From: an uncultured archaeon
Lineage (GTDB): Archaea; Asgardarchaeota; Lokiarchaeia; Sigyniarchaeales; SOKP01
NCBI GenBank assembly: GCA_964508365.1
Contig: CAZDTP010000087.1
Coordinates: 1 to 12,151 of the forward strand
Direction of reading: 5' to 3'
DNA length: 12,151 nt
Below the pieces are notes generated by a model. It was not told the DNA's origin. It worked only from the letters and a program-made list of their open reading frames with translations, and made no database searches. This document shows, piece after piece, positions 1-7,400 of the stretch. The number at the start of each line of letters is the position of its first letter. The first letter of the stretch is position 1. The position numbers and the translations under genes were made by a program.

Positions 1-2
1 AA

Positions 3-293
3 AACATTGGGAAAACGGTAAAAGTTAAAGGAGTTATAGCTAAAGCAATCTGGCAACATCTCACTATGTGTACAAAAGAATTTCCATTTATGGAATACTT
101 TGACTTAGATGAAGATCACCAGATTGTAATTTACAGTAAGGACACAATTGAATGTGAAGGAAATCTTGAATTGATCGGAGAATTACTGAAAGTAAAAAGT
201 GAAACTAAAGATCCAAGAAGAAAAATTCACGATGATATTTATTTTGAATATCAGCTAAATGTAGAAACCTGGAAATGTAGCGAGAGTAAGTAA
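3..293 (+). CDS. 5'-truncated small hypothetical protein, possibly OB-fold-like
   Basis: The frame of the listed 66..293 ORF is open from base 3 (NIGKTVKVKGVIAKAIWQHLT-MCTKEF...), so the real start lies left of the window. The alternating beta pattern (KTVKVKGVI, QIVIY, LELIGEL, EYQLNVETW) suggests a small beta-barrel; the fold call is inference. Confidence 0.75.
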   Translation, partial: NIGKTVKVKGVIAKAIWQHLTMCTKEFPFMEYFDLDEDHQIVIYSKDTIECEGNLELIGELLKVKSETKDPRRKIHDDIYFEYQLNVETWKCSESK

Positions 294-334
294 ATATAAA
301 TATCGAAGAATTCGAATATCCGCAAAATTTGTGG

Positions 335-445
335 TTAGCGAAAAAACAGACTTGCAAAAACAAGAATCACGTAACCTAAAGCAAATAAGGCAGAGAATCC
401 TATGATTGTTAGAATAATTTCATATACATTTACTACTTTCATCAT
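335..445 (-). CDS. 36-aa single-TM small membrane protein (not in ORF track)
   Basis: My translation is MMKVVNVYEIILTIIGFSALFALGYVILVFASLFFR*. A Shine-Dalgarno-like AGGGGG (456-451) lies 5 nt before the ATG, and TTTAAATA (503-496) lies about 50 nt upstream. Confidence 0.6.
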   Translation of the reverse strand: MMKVVNVYEIILTIIGFSALFALGYVILVFASLFFR

Positions 446-495
446 AATTTCCCCCTAAACATGTTACTAATTCCAATCTAGTTAACCAAATAGAT

Positions 496-505
496 TATTT
501 AAATC
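496..505. promoter_or_regulatory. Candidate bidirectional archaeal TATA box
   Basis: TATTTAAATC reads TTTAAATA on the minus strand (towards ORF 335-445) and TTTAAAT on the plus strand, about 30 nt before the GTG at 534. Such boxes also arise by chance in AT-rich DNA. Confidence 0.35.
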
Positions 506-527
506 TTATGTATATAGTCTTTGAGAG

Positions 528-553
528 CCTTAAGTGAAAACCTTAAGTGAAAA
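528..553 (+). repeat. Perfect 13-bp tandem duplication (CCTTAAGTGAAAA x2)
   Basis: Bases 528-540 and 541-553 are identical. Confidence 0.95.
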
Positions 554-701
554 ATGGGATATTATCAGAAACAATAAAGAAATGGTCATAGATCTTATTA
601 CTAATTGTTCACATAGTAATTTTATTAATATGACAAAAAGATTATATGATAATGAAATAGATTATATCCATAATAGACTTTTAAAAAATGATTTATTTTG
701 A
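534..701 (+). CDS. 55-aa hypothetical helical protein translationally coupled to the downstream hydrolase (not in ORF track)
   Basis: GTG start; my translation is MKTLSEKWDIIRNNKEMVIDLITNCSHSNFINMTKRLYDNEIDYIHNRLLKNDLF*. Its TGA (699-701) overlaps the TTG (698-700) of the next gene. An alternative ATG lies at 582. Confidence 0.6.
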   Translation: MKTLSEKWDIIRNNKEMVIDLITNCSHSNFINMTKRLYDNEIDYIHNRLLKNDLF

Positions 702-1411
702 AAGAAATCACACATAAAGGATTAGCTCGATTAGTGGGATTATATGGTTCTTATCCAATAGATTCCAATAACTTAAAAATACTCGAATTTTCATCAGTAG
801 AACCAGATCGTCTAAACAGAGAGGAAATAGGTAAAAGTCTATTCAAAGCGATAAAAACTTCAATCGGATGGCTTGTTGACCATACTGTTAAAGCAAAGGA
901 ATTGTCTATCCAATATATCGATGAAGCTACTAAAGCTTATAATTCCGGTGATCAATCTTGGTCTCGTTGGCTTGGCTGGTGTTTTCATTTTATTACTGAT
1001 TGGGCAACTCCATATCATTCTCCGACATCAAAATCCAATCCTATTTTAAATTCAACAAGTGATATATTTAAAAAGGCGTCTGAAAATGATGACGGGTTAT
1101 TTTCGACTACATTAAACATAGTTTCTAACCTTATCAAATTCAAAGTTGAACATGATAATTTTGAAGATATATGCGAAAAACGCTGGCAACAAAATGAAAC
1201 CATTGTTAAAAACAATTTTATTAAATTTAAGAATAACAGAATATCTTTCGTGGATTTAAAAGTATTCATTGAGATGATGGATGATTTACGCCTTAAATGT
1301 GAAAATTTATCTCCTGATTGGATTATAAATAGCACAAATCAAGAATTTGCACATTATATGACTGAGATAGCTATAGTAATGAATGTTGCTTGCTGTATAG
1401 TTTTAGGATAA
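698..1411 (+). CDS. Zinc-dependent phospholipase C / S1-P1 nuclease-fold hydrolase
   Basis: The ordered tri-zinc ligand pattern is present: N-terminus, H6 (ITH), D37 (EPD), H62, H97 and D101 (LGWCFHFITD), H107 (TPYH), H152 and E156 (EHDNFE). No signal peptide. TTG start. Confidence 0.85.
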   Translation: MKEITHKGLARLVGLYGSYPIDSNNLKILEFSSVEPDRLNREEIGKSLFKAIKTSIGWLVDHTVKAKELSIQYIDEATKAYNSGDQSWSRWLGWCFHFITDWATPYHSPTSKSNPILNSTSDIFKKASENDDGLFSTTLNIVSNLIKFKVEHDNFEDICEKRWQQNETIVKNNFIKFKNNRISFVDLKVFIEMMDDLRLKCENLSPDWIINSTNQEFAHYMTEIAIVMNVACCIVLG

Positions 1412-1498
1412 AATTTAAAGATAATTCTTCTATTCCTCAATTTTATGTCATCTTTTCCTTCTTCATATGGATTTATAATTGGAAAGAAGAAGATTTCG

Positions 1499-1654
1499 TC
1501 AATGCTTGACGAACTTGCGCCTCGTTTCTTTCAATTGCTTAATTAATTCATCACATAGGTGACTTGCGTGAGGTATTTTCAATTCTGTCATTGCTTCACA
1601 AAAAAACATTGGTGCTTTTTTCAGGTCATTGTGCACTTTCTGATTGTCTTCCAT
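1499..1654 (-). CDS. 51-aa hypothetical protein (not in ORF track)
   Basis: My translation is MEDNQKVHNDLKKAPMFFCEAMTELKIPHASHLCDELIKQLKETRRKFVKH*. This is the first ATG after an upstream in-frame TAA; it has a protein-like amphipathic composition and fills an otherwise empty gap. Confidence 0.6.
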   Translation of the reverse strand: MEDNQKVHNDLKKAPMFFCEAMTELKIPHASHLCDELIKQLKETRRKFVKH

Positions 1655-1762
1655 CCTTGACTCTCGAAAATGGTTTCTATATTGTTATAACTTGATTTCT
1701 CCTTTGTTATTAATTTAATAAGAATTAATATAACAATAGTTTTAATATATTGAAATTTAATT

Positions 1763-1774
1763 AAAGTATATAAA
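1763..1774 (+). promoter_or_regulatory. Candidate BRE/TATA for 1813..2370
   Basis: AAAG-TATATAAA ends 39 nt before the ATG at 1813. The same box reads TTTATATA on the minus strand, towards ORF 1499-1654. Confidence 0.4.
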
Positions 1775-1812
1775 TTATAATACAAAATTGTTAAAATTTA
1801 AGTTGAAGATTA

Positions 1813-2370
1813 ATGAATAAACACAATTTAATTCTAATGTTACCACTCGTGGGATTTGTATTAATAGTGATAGCAAATATTTTTCCTTTTTTTATTAATG
1901 AAAATGTATCTACAGGCAGTTTTTCTAAATTCTGGCTTTTAGACATACAATATTCGTATGTAAGCCTTGACAATGGAGTTGGAATCGAGCAACTTTATTT
2001 TCCTGGTACTTTTTTAATTTTACCATTTACAATAGTGATTATCTTTGCAACAATTTTATGTATTATCGCTGAGATCTCAGTTATTACTAAGAAAAAACTA
2101 TGGAATTTTGCCGAAAAAAGGTGGAAGAGACTTGGAATCATATCATTTTTTATACATTTCGCGTTTTTAATCATATTTTTTGTATTATTTAATGATCTTG
2201 GTCTATTTCCAACTTTTGATCCTGAAAAACTCTTAGATGCTTTAAAAGGTTTAATTGGACAAGGGAGTTTTTATAATTTTACATTTGCAATTTATTTGCC
2301 TTTTATAAGCAGTATTCTGTATATACTTGCGGCTATGTTATCAAAGAAATACAATCCAAGGGAAAAATAA
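1813..2370 (+). CDS. Four-TM integral membrane protein, function unknown
   Basis: Hydrophobic segments at about aa 6-28, 66-91, 107-126 and 158-177. The loop TKKKLWNFAEKRWKR and the tail KKYNPREK are basic (positive-inside). Sequons N31-V-S and N155-F-T fall in the predicted outer loops. Confidence 0.85.
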   Translation: MNKHNLILMLPLVGFVLIVIANIFPFFINENVSTGSFSKFWLLDIQYSYVSLDNGVGIEQLYFPGTFLILPFTIVIIFATILCIIAEISVITKKKLWNFAEKRWKRLGIISFFIHFAFLIIFFVLFNDLGLFPTFDPEKLLDALKGLIGQGSFYNFTFAIYLPFISSILYILAAMLSKKYNPREK

Positions 2371-2438
2371 GTATAAATTAGATAATTTGCGAATAATTTA
2401 TATTTAAATTTTATTATAAAAAGGAATAGACATTGGTT

Positions 2439-2453
2439 AAAAAAAAATAAAAG
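2439..2453 (-). terminator. Oligo-T archaeal terminator candidate for the ABC operon
   Basis: A9 at 2439-2447 on the plus strand is T9 on the minus strand, about 19 nt after the permease stop, in the gap between convergent genes. Confidence 0.45.
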
Positions 2454-2465
2454 AATTATATATCT

Positions 2466-3458
2466 TTAGCTTGAAATCTCTCTTCTCTGTATACTTAATA
2501 CTCCATAGGTTAATAATAATATTGCTATGCTAACCCATATCAACAAAGAAACGAGGGGCAAATAATAATTTGTCTTTTGTAGCCCTCCTAAATTGATATT
2601 TTGATCAGGGTCAACAATTCCTAAATATGAAAATACACTATAAAGTTGAGCAAAAGTAGATTGCCAACCTATTGATGGAGGAATTGCATTAAATAGTTCT
2701 ATAAATAATACATAAACATTTGCTAAATGATAGCCTAAATCGAAATGATATAATTGAAGGTTTTGATAATCAACATGAATTAATTCTCTTAGAACCATAA
2801 ATCCAATGAATGATATTAATATAAGAAAGATAATAGAGATTGATGAATTTCTTGGACTTTTGAAGATAGAGGAAAAAGATAAAGTTATACTCACAAAAAT
2901 AAAGGTTAATACAACAGAATAGAGAAATACTGAAATTAAAAACGGTGTGATCCCGATAAAATGATGGATATTTCCTGAGTACCGCAAAACAGAGATTACT
3001 CCTATTAGTAATAACGCAGTAAAACTTAAAAAAAGACCATGTAAAAATAATGCAATATATTTACCAACAAATATTTTATATCTCTTTATAGGCTTGCTTA
3101 TAAGGATCAGCATCGTCCCGGTATTAACTTCTTCAGAGATAAGATGTGAGCCAGAGATTCCAATAATACTGGTTAAAATTATGCCGAACGTCCAGAAAAA
3201 TAAGGGAAAAGCTAAAACAACCGCGATATATGAAGATGCATGATGGATAGAGATAGAACCAAAATCTACACTAATAGGAGCCAATACAAGTAGAAGTGGA
3301 TATAGGAGCATTAGTATCATACAAATTAAAAATTTAAGCGGTGAAAATATGTCATGAAACGTCTCTTCAATTAAAATTAAGGTAGTAAACGATTTGTTTG
3401 TGCGTACTTGTTTAAACCGTTCCATGGCTGCCTTTAATTTTAATGAGAAATTAAACAC
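2466..3458 (-). CDS. ABC-2 type (exporter-class) transporter permease
   Basis: Multi-TM protein carrying the family motif LISEEVNTGTMLILISKPIKRYKIFVGKY. The GTG start is supported by GAGGTGA 10 nt upstream, and the gene is adjacent to an ABC ATPase. Confidence 0.9.
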   Translation of the reverse strand: MFNFSLKLKAAMERFKQVRTNKSFTTLILIEETFHDIFSPLKFLICMILMLLYPLLLVLAPISVDFGSISIHHASSYIAVVLAFPLFFWTFGIILTSIIGISGSHLISEEVNTGTMLILISKPIKRYKIFVGKYIALFLHGLFLSFTALLLIGVISVLRYSGNIHHFIGITPFLISVFLYSVVLTFIFVSITLSFSSIFKSPRNSSISIIFLILISFIGFMVLRELIHVDYQNLQLYHFDLGYHLANVYVLFIELFNAIPPSIGWQSTFAQLYSVFSYLGIVDPDQNINLGGLQKTNYYLPLVSLLIWVSIAILLLTYGVLSIQRREISS

Positions 3459-3468
3459 TTGTTTTGAT

Positions 3469-3475
3469 TCACCTC
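3469..3475 (-). promoter_or_regulatory. Shine-Dalgarno site (GAGGTGA) of the permease
   Basis: Canonical anti-16S-tail sequence between the ATPase stop (3478-3480) and the GTG at 3458. Confidence 0.75.
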
Positions 3476-3477
3476 AA

Positions 3478-4431
3478 TTAAATTGCTTCATTTATAAATC
3501 TCATAAAAATCTCTTGTAAGGACAATTCCGGTTGAGTAAAGCTAAAAATCTTAACTTCATGATCCAAGATTATTTTCTTCATCAACTCCTGAAGTTTCTC
3601 TGAATCCTTTGATAAAATATGAATTTTATCTGTGCGATCATCAATCCACGCTTTTAGAATAAAATCTTTGGTTTTTAATTCCTCCAGGATTTTAAGATTT
3701 TTATTGGTATGTAAGATGTATACATTCCCAAGAAATTCTTTTTTAATTTTTACGAGAGAATCGCTTAATATGATCTTACCACGGTTTAATATAGTGATGG
3801 TATCACAAATTTGCTCCATTTCAGATAAGATATGACTTGAGACAAATACGCTCATAGTTTTAGATAACTCTTTTATTTTTGCGATAATAGCAGACCGCCC
3901 CAAGGGATCCAAATTAGTTGTTGGCTCATCTAAAATTAAGATTTTTGGATCGTGAATAATTGCTGCCGCCAGTGCAATTTTTTGTTTCATCCCTCCAGAG
4001 AATTTTCCCAGTTTTTTATATCGCTCATTTAAAAGGTTAAAATACTGCAGTAATTCTTGTGCTTTTCGTTTTGCCTCTTTTTTCTTTAACCCCCCAAGAC
4101 GTCCCATATAAATTAAATATTGCTCTGCAGTTTTGCGTTTATATAAAATAGGGTCTTGAGGTAAATATCCGATCAATCTATGTGCTGTTATTGAGCCTGC
4201 TTTTTCTCCACGTAATCTTGCTTCGCCTGCTGTTATTGAAAGTGCCCCAACCAACATATTTATTGTAGTGGTTTTTCCTGCTCCATTGGGACCAAGGAAT
4301 CCATGAATTCCCGGCTTTACTCGAAGATTAATTTGTGATACTGCTTCAAATGCTGCTTTTCGCTTTTCATAAATCTTGGTTAAATCGCGACTCCATATTT
4401 CAAACGATTCTAAGTGTTTTTCTTGAATCAA
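3478..4431 (-). CDS. ABC transporter ATP-binding protein (ABC-2 / DrrA-CcmA-like class)
   Basis: Walker A GPNGAGKTT, Q-loop YLPQ, signature FSGGMKQ, Walker B ILILDEP and H-loop SSH, plus a C-terminal extension ending SLQEIF. The TTG start overlaps the upstream TGA, with GAAGGGGAG at 4448-4440. Confidence 0.97.
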   Translation of the reverse strand: MIQEKHLESFEIWSRDLTKIYEKRKAAFEAVSQINLRVKPGIHGFLGPNGAGKTTTINMLVGALSITAGEARLRGEKAGSITAHRLIGYLPQDPILYKRKTAEQYLIYMGRLGGLKKKEAKRKAQELLQYFNLLNERYKKLGKFSGGMKQKIALAAAIIHDPKILILDEPTTNLDPLGRSAIIAKIKELSKTMSVFVSSHILSEMEQICDTITILNRGKIILSDSLVKIKKEFLGNVYILHTNKNLKILEELKTKDFILKAWIDDRTDKIHILSKDSEKLQELMKKIILDHEVKIFSFTQPELSLQEIFMRFINEAI

Positions 4432-7400
4432 TTTTCATTCTCCCCTTCTTTCTTTAAAGTAGCATCAATTATTAATAGCTCATTTCCTCTTCTTTTTATT
4501 ATTTGGTAATATGTAATGAAGACGCACGCAAAAACAGCTGATATCATAATAATCAGACCAAGAAACAAAAAGTCAGCAGGAACATTTATTGTTACCGTAT
4601 CTATTGCAATAACACACCCATCCCGACTATACATATAAATATCAATCTTTTTTATACCACTACCTAAAGAAACGAAAAGGTTAGTAGATGTAATAGAGCC
4701 ATACTCATTTCCATTAATAAAGACCTTGAAATAATCATAATTTCCTGTAGTTTCCCATTTAATAGTAAAATCGTTGGTTTGCATTTTTAGTCCTTCTTCC
4801 AGATTTGAAAAATGAACAGTAAACTTTGAATTTATGCAAATAAATGTCTCTCCGTAGGTTATGATGCCATCTCTCTTCCCATCTTCGTTTACATCATCGA
4901 GAGGATAGAAAGAATCCATATCTAAATTAAACCTAAAGAGAGTTTTCTGATCAATCGGATCTAAAATTTCTAACGTCTTTTTATCAGAATAAGAATATAT
5001 ATCCATATATAGTGAATATAATGTTTTATCATATACGTATCGGCTCACTAACACATCATCATTTCCATCTCCGCTAAAATCTCCGATATTTTTGATAAAA
5101 TCAAAAAAATCAATACGTGAAGAGAAACCCCAATCCTTCATAATAAAATGAAAGGGTTCAAGGATCCATTTTTTAGCGGTAATCTCAGTAGCATCATTTT
5201 CCGAACTGGAAGAAATATCGTAATATGAGATATTCGCACCTTTAAACGGAATAAAAGAATTACCTTTATTTATTTTACCCATTTGTAACCCAATTATTGC
5301 ATCTGAAATCCCATCAGTGTTAACATCACCTATAGAAGCAAATGGTAATTTGACTCCTCCTTCGAGGGATAATTGATGATTATTGCCATATTCCTTCCAG
5401 TGTTCAGACACTGGCGGAGTGTAAGTAAACAATACTTTAAATTCATTCTCTCCAGAATTTCCGCTATATATCCGAAGTTCGGTTGTTTGATACCCTCCAA
5501 AGCGATTTGGATATGTTTTTAGATAATAGCCTACATGATCAAGGTAATTATCACCATTAAAGTCATCATAGGAAAGTAATAATTTATACCCTGTATTTGG
5601 AATATTATCCTCTGCAATTCCTCCACTTGAAAGTAATTGGTCGGTAGCAATTCGACTGGTAATTGTTGTCGTACTTACATCAACAATCTTAATACATTTA
5701 TCAATACTCACAGAATCTCCTAAAATGAGTCCAATCTTCTTCCCATCTTTCGTAACGTTAACTTTACCAAGAATGTCATATCCAGATGAGTTGATACTCC
5801 AATGGAAATTAATTATAGTTTTTGATTCATCATAATTGTCAAAATATGATAATTGTATGTCCCAGTGAGGGTTTTTTATTAGCTTAATAGAAAAATAATG
5901 AGTGGTCCCTGTAACAAACGTTCCGCTTAGGATCCAATAATTGAGGGAATAATTCATCGGTAAGATAGTAAGGGGTTGATAAGGGATATTTGTATGAGTA
6001 CGACTCCATTTTGTATAACTCTTTTGGTATTTACTATCAAAGAACCTTAATTTGGTATTAAAAGAATTATTGGTAATATCGTTACCAATTACGACTAAGA
6101 CATCCAGATATTTATCACCGGTGCCATTAATTACTTTAAAGGCTTGAACCTCTAAATTTAAGAGGTTAATATCTGTAAAATAGTTTTCCGAGGATAGATT
6201 ATAATCATAAATATAATATCTATCATATTGATTTCCGTATAACCCCCAATAAAAAGCACCAATTCCAAAATTTTGCATTATTGCTTCAAAGGCTTTATTC
6301 CCATTAGTTACATTTAACCGAATAGTGATCTGTTTATTTGAATCGATAAAATCCGAGAGTGTCGTTTCGTTTTCATAATCAAAATGCAACCCTTTTTCAC
6401 GATTATAAGTACCTCTCGTCATTACATACATTTCATCGTCTCTGAAATCGGTGGAAAAAGTAAAGTTATTATAATCATTTCTATACCCTCCATTATCAGA
6501 ATTGTTAAAACTTCCGTACAAATCAGGGTATCTGGAATCCCAATATATATTTCTGCTCCAATTGCATAAAATCCATTTCCCACTGGATTCATTATAAATT
6601 TCATATGTACAATTATACCAATTGGGATTTGCTGAGTCGTTAACCAACAAACTAGTTTGTATTTTCATTGCGGCAAATCGATCGAGTTGTGAAAGAGGAT
6701 ATTCCATTAGCCCTAATTGCTTCTCACCGCTAAAATTTAGAGGGAATGTAAGATTTACTGAAGTAGCCCATAAATTACTCCATGGTTGTTCCTGGGCTCT
6801 AATGGTGTAGTTTCCCACTTTATCAGATAAATCAAGAAGACTCCCGGAAATATAGTCACCATATTCAACGCCTATAGATTTGGCATGAAATAATGACGAA
6901 GGAGACCACTCTTTATTCCACATAATTTCATCTGAGCCATTTATCCAACTTTCTGGAAGTTGGTGATTAGTTCTTAAATAATAATCTCCCCCAGAAGATG
7001 AGAGGTTGAGGGGGTTAGTATAAGTTCCCAAATTGGCATAATCTCGATAAAAGTTGTAATTAAAATCTACTAATGTCGTGTTCCAAAGCACAACTCCATT
7101 TGAACCATCAATTATTATTAATTTTGTGTAATTACTTAAAAGTACTCGATAAATTGCTTCTTCTCGTTCCTTATCATTTAAATTAAGGGAGGAATTGCCT
7201 GAAAGGTTTTTTATTATATTTTTTGTGCTATTAGGCAGCTCTGAAGGGATCATCCATGCGGCATAATCATCTATACTATCATCGTTAATATCTCCAATAT
7301 CTAAAAGATCTCTTAACCCTTCATAATATTGAGGAAAGGGTAAATTAAATTCCCATAGGATCTCACCGGTTTTCGCATCCAAAGTTAAGAGTTCATTAAT

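Noticed and set aside
1015-1335. 106-aa minus-strand ORF
   Set aside because: Lies wholly antisense to the motif-supported Zn hydrolase; shadow ORF.
1791-1973. 60-aa minus-strand ORF
   Set aside because: Antisense to the 4-TM gene and its promoter, with no independent support.
3632-3835. 67-aa plus-strand ORF
   Set aside because: Antisense within the ABC ATPase.
4402-4438. ATG at 4438 as the ATPase start
   Set aside because: Out of frame with the ATPase and closes after 12 codons; TTG 4431 is in frame and has an upstream purine-rich site.
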